Assembly: GCA_013265495.1 (NCBI GenBank)
Contig: MU058221.1
Location: 930,001 to 994,000, forward strand
Length of the DNA: 64,000 nucleotides
DNA from: Vicugna vicugna
Lineage: Eukaryota
Direction: 5' to 3'
The notes under the pieces were generated by a model that worked only from the letters and a program-made list of their open reading frames with translations, was not told the origin of the DNA and ran no database searches. The stretch's first letter is position 1; the number at the start of each line of letters is the position of its first letter. Positions 1-12,200 of the stretch are shown here, piece after piece. A program made the position numbers and the translations under genes.

Positions 1-1745
1 TTTTGTTCGTTCATTTTTTTTTTAAATTCTACACATCAGTGAAATCATATAGTATCTATCTTTACTTATCTGACTTACTTCACTTAGCATAATACTTTTA
101 AGGGCCATTCACGTTGTCACAAATGGCAGGATTTCATTCTTTTTGTGGTTGAGTAGTATTTTGTGTCTTCTTTATCCATTCATCCACTGAGGTACACTTC
201 GGCTGCAAATAATGCTGTAGTTATTGTAGTTTTAGTTCCAGACAAAGTGTAGCATTATTCTAGTTCTGTGAAATACACCATTGGGATTTTCATAGGGATT
301 ACACTGAATCTGTCGATTGCTTCGGAAAACACGGACATTTCAATGACATTAATTCTTTTGATTTAAGAATGTGAAATATCTTTGAACTTATTGGTGTCAT
401 AATTTTCACCTCCTTGGTTAAGTTTATTCTTTTAATGCAATTACAAATGAAATTATTATTTATTAATTTCCCTTTCTGATAGTTCAATATCAGTGAATAG
501 AAACACGACATATTTCTGTATATTGATTTTGTATATCATGTGACTTTACCAAATTCAGTATTAGTTCTAACAGTTTTTTTTGGTGGAGCCTTTGGGTTTT
601 CCATACATGGTCTCATGTCATCTGCAAATGTTTTATTTCTTCCTTTTCCAATTTAGTTGATTTTTATTTCTTTATCTTGCTTAGTTGCTATGGCTAGGAC
701 TTCCAATACTCTGCTGAATGAGAGTGACAAGAGTGAGCATTCTTCTCGTATTAACAAAGGCAAAGCTTTCAGCTTTTCATCATTGAGGGTGATGTCAGCT
801 GTGGGCTCATCACATATGGACTTCAGTATGTTAAGGTATGTTCCCTGTATTACCATTTCATTGAGAGTTATTATCATAAATGGATGTTGAATTTTTCAAA
901 TTCTTTTTTCACATCTATTTGAGATGATCATATGATTTTTAACCTTTTTTTTCTTTTTTTTTTTTTTTGCTAATGTGGTGCATTCCAATGATTGATTTGC
1001 AGACATTGAACCACTCTGCATCCATGGAGTAAATGCTACTTGCTTGTGATTGATTCTTTCACTGTACTGTTGGATGTTTTTTGTAAATATTTTGTTGCAA
1101 ATTTTTGCATCTGTGTTTATGAAAGATTTGGCCTGTAATCGTTTTGTGTGTGTGGTGTCTTTTTTTCTGGTTTTAGTATCAGGCTAATGTGGGCTTTGTA
1201 AAATTTGTTTGGAAAGTTTCCCTCCTCTTCAATTTTCTGGAAGAGTTTTAGAAGAATATGTATTAAATCTTCTTTGAATGTTTTGTAGAGTTTGCCAGTG
1301 AAGCCATCTGGTCTTAGGCTGTTATTTGTTGGGAAATTTTTGATTACTGTTTTAATCTCCTTACTAGTAATTGATACATTCAGATGTTCTATTTCTTCAT
1401 GATTCACTCTTGGAAGATTGTATGTTTCTAGGAATTTATTTTTTCTAAGTTGTTCAGTATGTTGGACTTTTTTTGTTTGTGGTATTTTCTTATGACCCTT
1501 TTTATTTTGGTGGAATTAGTTGTAGCTTCTCATCTTTCAGCTCTGATTTTATTGAGTCTTTTTTTTTCCCCCATTGGTTAATCTAGTTAAAGGTTTGTTG
1601 ATTTTGTTTATCTTTTCAAAGAACCAGCTCTTAGTTTCATTGATCTTCTCTATTTTGTAGTCTGTATTTTATCTATTCCTGCTCTGACATGTCTTATTTC
1701 TTTTCTTCTACTAATTTTGAGCTTAGTTTGTTGTTCAGATTTTTT
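1..1745 (-). mobile_element. L1 (LINE-1) fragment: 3' end plus degenerate ORF2, internally deleted
   Basis: Minus-strand ORFs carry L1 ORF2 motifs (1117..1407 PDGFTGKLYKTFKEDLIHILLKLFQKIEEEG; 653..877 YLNILKSICDEPTADITLNDEKLKALPL...VLEVLA). Bases 1-230 read as the reverse complement of a typical L1 3' end. Confidence 0.92.
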
Positions 1746-2524
1746 TTTTAATTTAGGAATCAGCCCTTGATTATCCCCACTATGCACTATACAGTTTACA
1801 GATATTATAATTATAAAAAATACTGGTCCTTTGCAAAACATCAAATTGTGGCATCCATGACATTTATACAAACAGCTCATATTAAACATGTTTCATGTCA
1901 GGTCTAGTGGATGCTCCAGTGAAATACATTTCAATGAAATATATTTTAGTAAAATAAGGGACAGAGAAGTGAATTCTTTTCCCACGACACACTTAAAGCT
2001 TTCTACTCTGCGGAAGCTGGTTTTGGTTTGAAACTAATGCTTGCCAAGAACCTGTGTGGCCCTTGAACTCTCATTTATGTTAACGGAGTCACAAATGCTT
2101 GTGAGCTATTCTTGCCTTTTAGCAATGGCTTCTTCCCTGTATTATGTTTAGACACATATTTTTTCTTACTACAATGGCCACCTCGTCAAGTCCCAATCTA
2201 TCCTACGATCATGATGAAAAATGATAATCTTCGAGTTACTACATTTTTCTTTCCACTTGAGTGAACTAATTGAAATAATTCCGTGTCTGCATCCCCCGCA
2301 GATGCACAAAGGAGTGCAGGAAAACACAAGGAGCTCTGACTGAATACCTCAATGTCCGCATATCTGCTGAACAACGTATGTTTTCCATACATCAAATATA
2401 GCAATTCCCTGAGTGTTCCCCTCCCCACAGTCAGGCTAACCCCGGCTGCTGTCCATAATTAGAGGCAAGCTTTCTTTTCTTTCTTTCTTTCCAAACATAA
2501 GTTATTAACCATATTTAATTATGT

Positions 2525-2640
2525 TTATTGGAAGGAGTATGAATGCTGGACTAAGACACAGCCAAGTGTGCACCTTTGCCAACCGTATGAACTTCGGTTA
2601 AGTCACTTAACTACTTTGAGCTTTCTTTTATCCATAAGAG
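2525..2640 (+). mobile_element. MIR SINE fragment
   Basis: GTATGAACTTCGGTTAAGTCACTTAACTACTTTGAGCTT resembles the MIR core (TGTGACCTTGGGCAAGTTACTTAACCTCTCTG); heavily diverged. Confidence 0.5.
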
Positions 2641-3725
2641 AGAAGCCATTACAGTGACTGGACGGAAGATAGCGATGACAAATCTTCCTGCATGTCCATG
2701 GGTCTCAGGCAAGAAAAAAAAAAATAATCTCCAGGTGGTTTATTTCTTGAGCGCCTTCCAGTTAGTCCCGACAACCATAAAAACATGAATTTAAGATGAT
2801 GATTTATATAGTCCATTAACCAAAATAATTATTTACATGTAATAAGATAATAGATCAGGAAAGAACTTTCTTTTTGAAATGATACAGCTGTATCTGTGAT
2901 GTACGCTGGTTAGAAAGATGGAAATATCTTAAGGATTTGATTTGGTGGTTACAGAATATATTTTGAATTTTTTTAGAGCGATTGGCTCTCTGGGTGTACC
3001 CTCGGAGCACGAGGAAGGGTGCACTACACAGCTCCTCTGACCTCGCCCTGGTCGGGGCAGTGACTTCTAACAGGTACTTATGTCCTGTTAGTCTGCTGTG
3101 ACACAAGGAATTCCAACCCACTCCCCATACCCTCTGCCAAACTTGACAGTTTTTTAAAGCAAAGTTTTCCCCATTTAATATTCAAACAGAATATATATTA
3201 AATTTTGAAGAATTTGAAAATCGCAAAGAAGTAATTGGGAGAAAAAAAAAGTCTTCAACCCAGAATCAATTATATTTACTTAGCTATTTAGTGCACTTTA
3301 ATTTTCTGTCTTGTAAACATCAATGGATTTTCACATACATACATACATACAGAAACATGTGCATTTATGTATGTATATATGTATGTATTTGCATACATAC
3401 ACACAAACCAGAGTTGTATATGCTGAATTTGAGGTTTCTCCTTTCTCTGACTTAAAATACGTACTCATTTTACAAAACATGGGAATACATGAGAACACAC
3501 TATTAATCACTCTGAGGCATCTGCTGTTACATGGGTTTTATGCTCTGGTAGTTATTATACGCATCCTCAAATGCAGAGAAATTTATTCAGACTCAGTACT
3601 GGCCAGCTGCCCTGATATTTGGATTTCTTAGTTCTGCTCATTTGAGTGCTGGTTAAATATATCCACAGATTTGTAACCATGCGCGTACCTTCCTGCCATG
3701 GCTGTGACTGAGAGCTTCAGAGCTG

Positions 3726-4190
3726 TGTGAATGAAAAATACTGCAAACCACATCAGTAAACAGAGAACGCTGAAGCCATCAGGGAAGACCAGCCCGAAGC
3801 CCGGCCTCTGCAGCCACTCGCCACGGTGCCCCCTGAGGGCACTCAGAGCAAGAAAGGGCAGGACGCTGGCCCAAGCTTGGTGCTTGTCAAAGGAATGATT
3901 TCAACGAGCCCAAACGTTTGCTTCCTCCCATACAGAGAAAAGCACTAAATTCTTTAACTTGAGATGCCTGGTTTTCTACAGTTAACAAGTAACCTTTTAT
4001 TGTTCCAACTCCCTGGTCTGTGTTGTAAAGCTCCTGTATATCCCGGCTACTCCTCTGCCTCTTCGGAGCAGCCCCTCAGAGCGACCTGAGAGGCTGTCAA
4101 CCCGGCTCAAAGGGCTTCGAGTCCTCAGAAACGTCCGCCACGTAAAACATAGCTCCCAACTTTTAGGCTGTGCACTTGCTTCAGCTGACA
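3726..4190 (+). mobile_element. Solo LTR, ERV1-type
   Basis: TG...CA ends with a 4-bp target-site duplication GCTG (3722-3725 and 4191-4194). TATA-like TGTATAT near 4035 and degenerate poly(A) signal near 4141. Resembles a common laurasiatherian ERV1 LTR. Confidence 0.8.
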
Positions 4191-4769
4191 GCTGTATGAA
4201 CTGAAAATGTCAAAACACGGCACTCCCTACTTCCAGTTACCTCTGCGCAGTGAACGGTACGCAGGGCACAAAACGTCACGGCTTTGCAAAACCATCAGGA
4301 AAACAACTTTACCAGTGAGGGCTGCTTGTGATTATTTTGAAATAACAAATACCAATTTTTTCCCCAAAACTTGCATACTTATTACTGCTCTTTCAGTCGT
4401 AGACAATCCAGTTCACTCTGAAGATTTGGGAACATTACAGCCTCTCACGCAGCCTCCCTGTCCTGTGGCTGATTTCGGTCGCTCACCCTGCGAGTATTGA
4501 ATTGAGCTGAGCAACCGATCAGATGCTGTTTCAGTCAGTTGCCTCAAATGGCTGCTGAGCTGGTGTGCCGCTCTCTGATTATCTGCTTTGTCGTCTCTCG
4601 GCTTGCCCTGAGCAAAGGCGTACTGGTGGCTTTGTTTTGGTGTTTCTGTACGGATTAATTAACATCAGTTAGGCCCATAATCCTTACGCACGGACATAGA
4701 ATAGTGTCTTGAGTTCGCTCCCCCCCGAGAACCAGCAGCAGCTGGCAGCGTGCTTCCTCCTTTTCCCCT

Positions 4770-5275
4770 CGTCATCTGCTCACTTAACCCAGCAGCTCAA
4801 CGCACACTTCCTCTGGGAAGCCTGACTTGGACACCCCCCCCTTGTCCCCACGATGCCCCTGCGTAAGCCTCGCAGAGTCGTGAAAGCCACGGTGTGAGGT
4901 CTGGCGCAGTCACCACCGCACACAGCGAAATACTTGACGGAAAGGAGTCGGTGTCAAAATAGAGCCAGATCTCTCGGAGGGATGATTATTGCTGCAGAAG
5001 CAAAGCCATCGGACCAGGCCCTCGCGAAGCGCCCCTTCGCCTGGGGTGGGCGCCGAGCGGCGTTCCTCCCGGGTGGGGCGGGACGCGAGGGAACTCAGGC
5101 CGCCGGGGGCTCGCCAGGCGGCCCCGTGCCCACGTCCCCCCGGCCCTGCGCGCCGCTGACCGCCGGGGCCCAGCGCAGGGACTGCCCGTCTCGACGCAGG
5201 GGACCCGCGCGAGGAGCCGGCCTGGCACGTGGAGGCGCACGACGGGGCGTCGCCGTGGGCGGGGGGGCGAAGGGG
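4770..5275 (+). mobile_element. Probable L2 3' fragment, extremely GC-shifted
   Basis: L2 landmarks in the expected order: CAGCTCAA...CTTCCTCTGGGAAGCCT (~4793-4823), GCAGGGACTG (5175-5184), GCCTGGCAC (5220-5228). Confidence 0.5.
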
Positions 5276-5280
5276 AAACA
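4990..5280. promoter_or_regulatory. Small intronic CpG island / GC-rich patch
   Basis: Visibly very high G+C with dense CpG and GC boxes (GGGGCGGG near 5075) against AT-rich flanks. Function not shown. Confidence 0.6.
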
Positions 5281-5546
5281 AGCACACACCAGGTAGCAGG
5301 AGGGTCTGCCGACAGCTCTCTGATGCTCGTGCTGTTGCTGGGCTCACAGACGACGAAACGCTCCCAAGCAAAGGAGTGTACGTGGCAACAAAGCAGGTCC
5401 TGCCTCCACCCTAACTAATAATCAGCGTAAGAGAAAAATCAGAGCACCAATTGCCCACCTGTGCAGACATAACTGCACGCAGGGTTTTTACGATTTTGAA
5501 TTTAGGGCAATCCTCTTTGTTTTAACAGAGCCTTCGAGAAGGATCC

Positions 5547-5568
5547 GTGTGTGTGTGTGTGTGTGTGT
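5547..5568. repeat. (GT)n microsatellite
   Basis: Direct reading. Confidence 0.95.
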
Positions 5569-6380
5569 TGGGGTTGAGTAGTAAACTAACAGAGGATGAT
5601 CCAGGCAAAGATCATGAACGTCTCAAAAGAAGAAGTGGCTAGGAAGACAGAGAGGAAAATTATTTTGATTGTTTGTGCTCAATTTAATTATTAATATATC
5701 ATCTTGGTAAATAAACACCAATGCTGGGTTTATGTTATGTTAAGGTATGCTCATGAATAACCTCTATATTGCAAATCTCAAATGTTAGGCACGCATATAC
5801 ATACTCTGTTTTACCAGCAAACCAAAACCTTTCGCTTGTTCATGATGACCAAATCCACAACAGCTTGCAGATGGCTCTGGTGCAAGAGAGCTCTGGGAGA
5901 TGTTTCTGGTCCCTAAGTGCATTTTTTATCATTGCAATTGTCCTCCAAGAAAACCCACCGGAGAATACCGACTGCATTTTGTGTGAATAAAAGGTCGTTA
6001 TACAGTTTGCAGCTCTGACAACGATTCCAAGATTGTTTTTCTCATTCCCACACCTCGTCACCTTCCTCCGACTTCAATCCCTTTTGACACGTGGGAACGT
6101 GAATAATGAAGTAAATGTACATATTGCATCACAGTTGCCGTGCAGAACGCTCTCTAGTGATGTATTTTACAGCATCAGCGCCGTCAGTGACTGCACCTCC
6201 TGTCTGCACACCGCACCTCTGGGCGCTCGACAGTACTCCAGTATAAGAAACATTACCATGGCGCAATGTTTGTAATCTTTTGGATGGGTTGATGAGAGTT
6301 ACAAAATTAATGTTATAGGTGCATGGGACTGTTTCTTAAAGAAGATGGGATTTGAACTGAGTTTGATGGAATAGCATCAC

Positions 6381-6449
6381 ATATATATCTATATCTATAT
6401 CTATATCTATATCTATATCTATATCTATATCTATATCTATATCTATATC
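6381..6449. repeat. (ATATCT)n hexanucleotide microsatellite
   Basis: Direct reading; explains the RYRYRY ORF at 6313..6525. Confidence 0.95.
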
Positions 6450-6693
6450 GTCTTGTTTGGAAGGACCCAGAAGGTAAATGACCTGGATGCAGGCTGGTAC
6501 AGAACATGGTGAGCAATGAGAGCACGTGGGTTGAGGGTGTCTAACGCATGGGGCAAGACTAGGAAAATATCAGAAAAGCTCATATGTGCCAAGGGAACAG
6601 GGCCCAGGGAAGCAAGTTTAGGATAACAGTGCAATCATTTTTTATAGATTTGTATTAAAAAAAAAAACCCAAGGGTTCATCATTGGTCTAAGA

Positions 6694-8112
6694 CAACCGT
6701 CTACTAGAACTGTAATGGGAGCTTCATATATTATTTAAAAATTTTTTGAATTCCAGTCAAGATGGCGGAGTAGTAAGACCAGAGCTCACCTCCTCTCATG
6801 ATCACAGCAAAACCACAGCTGACGGCTGAACAACCGTCAACGTAAAAGGACTGGAATCTGGTCAAAAAGATCTTCTCCAGCTGGAAACATAAAGAGGGAG
6901 TCCAGTGGGATGGTAATATAATCGGACCCCATCCCCCGGGTGGGAGACCCACAAGCTGGAGAAAAACTATCACCGAGCCCCTCCCACAGGAGTGAGGGTT
7001 GTGAGCCCCACGTCAGGCTCCCCAGCCTGGGGCTCCGGCAGAGGGGGGAGGACCCAGGACATCGAAATCCGGCTTCGAGGGCCAGTGGGGCTTAATTGCA
7101 GGAGCCCCACGGAACCGGGGAGACGCTTCAGTCTCTTGAGGAGCACACAGAATCTCACGTGCACCAGTGACTTCACGGGACCCCAGGCCAGAACCGCCTG
7201 CTGGTCTGGGGGAGTCTCCTGGAGAGACGGGGGATGATTGTGGCTCACCCTCGCTGCCTTAGCCCACAGCCATCTCTATAAATGCACCTGGACGTGGCCC
7301 TGCTGGCCAGAGGACCAGGACTTGGCTCCACCCAGCAGTGCGCAGGCATTGACGCATCCTGCCAGGAGACCTGCACAAGCCTTTAGTCCGGCCTCACCCA
7401 CTGGGAGGCAGGCGTCAGGACTAAAAAAAACACAATCCCACAGCCGAGGAAGGAGTCCACAAACGCAGGCCAGACTCCACCCTGGGCCCAGCTGGACCCT
7501 GGCCCTTGGGTGAAGAGAGGGGAGTGCCCTGCTGGGACGCACAGGACGTCTCCCACAGAGGGCCACCTCTCCGAGGTCGAGAAGCCTAACTAACCTACAT
7601 AAAAATACAACGAGAAATCTAGACAAAATGTGCTGACAGAGGACTATTCCAGGCAAAGGCAGAAGATAAAATCCCAGAAGAAATAAGTGATGGAGACACA
7701 GGCAGATTCCTGAGAAAGAGCTTAGAGTAGTGTGTGTGAAGATGCTCCAAGAACGCAGGAGGAGAGCAGGTGCACAGAGTGAAGTGTTTAGCAGAGAGTT
7801 AGAGGACACAGAGAGCGCCCAGAGAGAGCCGAAGGCTCCGGTTACTGAAATGAGTGAAGTTTTCTAGATGCTACATTAAAATATTTTAAATGGTAAAATT
7901 AATATAACAATATATATTAATTTCCTAGCATATCACAACATATTATCATTTCAGCACATAATCAATATAAAAACATTAACAAGCTACATTAAATTCTCTT
8001 TTTTAAAGTAAATCTTCAAAATCCAGTGTGTATTTTGTATTTTTAGCACACCTCAATTTGGGCCATGCATAGTTCAAGGGTTCAAGAGTCACATGTATTA
8101 AACAAGGCAGCT
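6694..8112. mobile_element. MER33 (hAT-Charlie) split in two (~6694-6748 and ~7856-8112) by an L1 insertion
   Basis: The right part contains TATTATCATTTCAGCACATAATCAATATAAAAA and AAATCCAGTGTGTATTTT...AGCACACCTCAATTTGG, matching recalled MER33. The left part matches the MER33 start. Confidence 0.7.
6750..7853 (+). mobile_element. L1 5' UTR and start of ORF1, 3' part absent
   Basis: Begins with YY1-type CAAGATGGCGG (6758-6768) and a GC-rich UTR. A degenerate ORF1 N-terminus starts at ATG 7628 (GATAAAATCCCAGAAGAA...GAGAAAGAG...ACTGAAATGA). Confidence 0.75.
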
Positions 8113-8136
8113 GTCAGATAAGAATCAGTCTTGGGC

Positions 8137-8622
8137 TGGGTAAAGAAGTTGTGGTATATTTATACAATGGAATACTACTCAGCCATAAAAAAGAATAAAA
8201 TAATGCCATTTACAGCAGCATGGATGGACCTGGAGATCATCATTCTAAATGAAGTAAGCCAGAAAGAAAAGGAAAAATAGCATATGATATCAATCATATG
8301 TGGAATCTAAAGGAAAAAAGGACACTATGAACCCATCTGCAAAACAGAAACAGACTCACAGACACAGTAAACAATTTTATGGTTACCGGGGAAAGGGGGT
8401 GGGAAGGGATAAATTTGAGAGTTTGAGATTTGCCAATTTTAACCACTATATATAAAAATAGATGTAAAAAAAATTCTGTTGTATAGCACAGGGAACTATG
8501 TTCAGTATCTTGTAATAGTTTTTAATGAAAAAATATGAAAATGAATATAGGTATCTATGTGCATGATGGGGACATTGTGCTGTGCCCCAGAAATTGACAC
8601 ATTGTAACTGATGGTTACAAAA
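8137..8622 (+). mobile_element. 5'-truncated camelid-type L1 3' end
   Basis: ATGGAATACTACTCAGCCATAAAAAAGAAT...GAAATTGACACATTGTAACTGA, a short A tail, and a degenerate TSD at 8120-8136 / 8623-8639. Confidence 0.92.
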
Positions 8623-8744
8623 AAGAATTGGTCTCAGACACTTTCATTCTTTTGAGCCCTCACTGTGGGGCCTGATAGCACAGTGGATAACCAGCGTTAA
8701 CTATCCATTCCTTGGCGTGATAGCATCTCAGAAGGTGACCAGTG

Positions 8745-8900
8745 AACCCCCTGTGTTAGAATCACCTCATGCTTGTTAAAACAATCCTCTCCCAAGGTTT
8801 GTTGCATGGGAACCTCTGGACTGCTCGATAAGAGTAACATTTTTTAAACAAGCTAACCAAGTATTTCTTATGCAGATTAATGTCTGAAAACACAGCTTTT
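8745..8900. mobile_element. MER5-like hAT-Charlie fragment
   Basis: TTAGAATCACCT...GCTTGTTAAAA...ATTTTTTAAACAAGCT...CAAGTATTTCTTATGCA motifs. Confidence 0.55.
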
Positions 8901-9149
8901 AAAAGATACTTTCCCAATAAACAAATGACAGACGTCAGGAGCAATACTGTGAAACCAGTAACATTTTAGAGCCAAATCAATTCTAATCATCCTTTACTTG
9001 GAGAGGCTGCATGGTAGAAGAATAAAACAAAAATGATGAAATACACAATCACCACATTCTCAGGCGCTCAAACGCTTCGTTTTCCATCACAGCATCTATC
9101 ATTGCTCCGGTCTGTAAACAGCCTGTTGACTGCCTTTCTGCCACTGCTA

Positions 9150-9280
9150 GGGACGACCTTTGTGAGGTCTGGGACTGACGTGTGGTATCCATGTAACATA
9201 CAGTGTATGTGCTGTTAAAATAGTCCCTGGCGGACAACGGTAGACGTTCGGCAAATACTTGATTAACGCAATGAGCGAAA
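9150..9280 (+). mobile_element. L2 3' end fragment
   Basis: TGAGGTCTGGGACTG...CCCTGGC...GGTAGACGTTCGGCAAATACTTGATTAACG resembles the L2 terminus. Confidence 0.55.
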
Positions 9281-12200
9281 TCTTTACTTCCCTTACCCAC
9301 CGACGTAATGACACGAACTAAAAGTTTGTCCATCCATAAACTGAAGGTAATATGCATCTTGAAAGACTGTACGAAATGAAAGTTAATTGTATGTACAAAG
9401 TATTTACTTAACACTTTTTCCCACTGCTTATCTGTTTTTCCTGTGAGAAAGAAGAGTGAATTCATAACATCACAGTTGTTAATAACCCGTTGCCTTCCAT
9501 CTCCCAAGAATATTTGATTTTAAAAGCATGTATTGGAAGAGGTGCAATTCAGTCCCCACAAAATCACCCGAATAATTGTTATTTCCTCTTATGATCTGGT
9601 GGGGGAAGGGAAATTCCTTACAATTTTGATACAGGGAGAGTCACCTAAGAGTCTCCCGTCACTGAAATCCTGGTTCCACTCAACCATCACAGGCAAGAAA
9701 AACACTTGTTTTTGCCAAACATTTTGCCTACTGCAAATCCCGGAAAGCATTTTCTTTCTGAATGCAATGGTCCCAATGTTATGATTTCTGTTTGGATTTA
9801 TTGTTTTTAGCAAAATTTCTCTTGTGTTCCCGGCTATTGTGTTCCTGGCCTCTGCACTGATTAGACCAGCATTGCAGAACAGCGCGTACAGACAGCTGGT
9901 ACACGAGGCACTGACACAAACTGCAGACTTCTCAAACGCAATGTGGATTGCTTTTCCTTGCACTCCTATTTCCCTAAGTGATTGTAGTCCATTCATAGAA
10001 CATAAAGTGTGTCTAACTCAGCCCTAAGCAACCATGACTCTTTTTCTGTAAGGAAGACATCTTTGTTTTAGGGAAGAACAACAAGCTTCAACTATGGGAT
10101 GCACTTCTTAGAAACAACAGAATTAAATTCAGATCAGTTCTCCACAGAGTTTCAGTTCTGCACAAAGCTTATCAGGAAGGGGCATATGGGGACAGTGGAG
10201 GCTTGTGGATTTAATTGGATGGAACTGAAAGGAACCTTGCTTCTGCAGAATTCTTATTTTTAAAACACCCCAAATTAATTACTTCAGAGGAGTCAGAGTT
10301 AAATTGGTCTTGGTTACCACTGAGCAAGGAAAGAAAAATAACGAAAATATCTGGCAGCTGAGTGTAAGTACTTTGAGTTTCATAACCTCAGAGGTGAGGT
10401 TCCTGGTCTGGGAGAGATGCCTTAATGCAAGGAACTGAAGATTGCTGGTGTAAGTCACAAAAGTCGCTAACTAAATGATCCAGTCCAACTATTTCATGTT
10501 TTAAAACATCTCTTCTTCTTATGTTAACAGTTAAATGACAATATCATGTTCCTTAATCACTGTTTTCCTTTGTCAGTAGTCAATCAGTTGAGATCTGGAA
10601 GACAGCAACACAACAAAGTTCCTTTTCCAGTCCTTTGTTTCTGGAATAATCCGTCTCCAATAAAATATTTGGCACTGGGATAAAAGCTACCATATCACAT
10701 CAGCTTTCACTCTCTGTTCGCTACTGGAACTAAACATCATATTTTGCATGCTAACATTTTTATATAAAGCAATTTAAGGTAAAACAAGTTTGTCTTCGGC
10801 TTTGTTCTATTCCTGGAGGTGCGGCGACGAAATGGAATTTGTGCGGTTGAAAGATCTACCTCATGGAAGCGCTCACTCTTGAGTTTTCAGGGATGATGGT
10901 CAATGTATTAAGTTTCTCTCCTTACTTACATTCCCTGTTCAGAATAGCTATCCTGACACTTAACAGGAAGACTCGCCCCCCACCGTGGACCCTCCCCACA
11001 TGACCTCTCCATCCGGTGGGCATCCAGGAAGGGCAAAAGCCATCCTCTTGCTGCTGCAGAGTCTTATCCACCAGGTGTTGCACCCAAGCCGTCCATCATG
11101 TCACATCTGCCTTTAAGGAGTCTGGGTGCTTGGACAGACGCCCACCGGAGGTGGTCCAAGGACGTACGCACACTCGTTCACATGTTGACGCCTGCACGCG
11201 TGTACGTGTGGACTTGCACCCTGGTGTACTTGACCGCCAGGAGTCTTTTCAGCATATTCTAAGAATGATACATGTCAAAGACTTTAGGCCAAAGCACAGT
11301 AATTTAGTGTGTAGTCAGGCTAAGACTGAGTTTATAAATAATGTAACCGTGTTTGAAACACAGTTGAAATTGACATTATAGTCTGAAAACCCCCTGCACA
11401 TTTTTAAGAAAAAAATAACAAAGTGATCTTAAATTTGGATGGTAGGGAAAACGACAAGACGTTTAGAAAAGAAACACGTTCTGTGTGCTGTAAAATCAAT
11501 GGCTGTCAACCCCGAAAAAATATTTTGAATAAATGTCAGAGGTTATTTGTCGATTTGTTAACTTCTGCACAGCAATCGGAGGCACTCAGATCGTTCTCTG
11601 TGTCAGCCGAGGGGTGGAAGGAGTCAGGCCGTGTGGATCTGTTTATTTTAATTTTTGTGTTTTGCTTTTATTTCATTGGCTTTTCCCTTTTTCCCCCCAG
11701 AATGTCTATAATATTATAAATATCCGTTCTGGAAAGTCCTGTCGGTGCCTGCGGTAGTTGTTACACACCGTCTTCTGCCTCTTCTCCAGAGAATGAAGAC
11801 CAAAGAATCAGAGAGGAGTCAGGAAAAAAATTCATTAAAACCACATTGACTAACCATACTTCTGGCGATCACTGATTCTTTTTTTCCATTCTTCTGTTTG
11901 TCTCCTCGTTTGACAAGTTTTACTCTTCCTGTGAGTAGGGTGCTGTGTTATATTCTTGGGGAGCATACGAACTGAGAACCATGGCTGACTGAAGACGCAG
12001 CGGTGCTTCGTGCACACCGCACGTCCCCAGGAAGCCGCAGCTGGGCAGCCCGGCCATTTGTTACACCGTGCTACAACGCTGAGGTAGCTTAGCGCGTTTT
12101 TGGAGCAGCCTTTGTTCATTCTTTGTTCGTTGTCCTGGGTCACCGAGTTCACTGGGCTTAGAGCCTGTAAGGAAGACAGACGCGTCAAGGGGCAGCGGGC

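Noticed and set aside
4910..5414. Overlapping 60-153 aa ORFs on both strands
   Set aside because: An artefact of stop-codon scarcity in GC-rich DNA; A/R/G/P-rich with no recognisable domain.
6313..6525. ORF with RYRYRY repeat
   Set aside because: Translation of the (ATATCT)n microsatellite.
7276..7809. 177-aa minus-strand ORF
   Set aside because: Antisense reading of the L1 5' UTR/ORF1.
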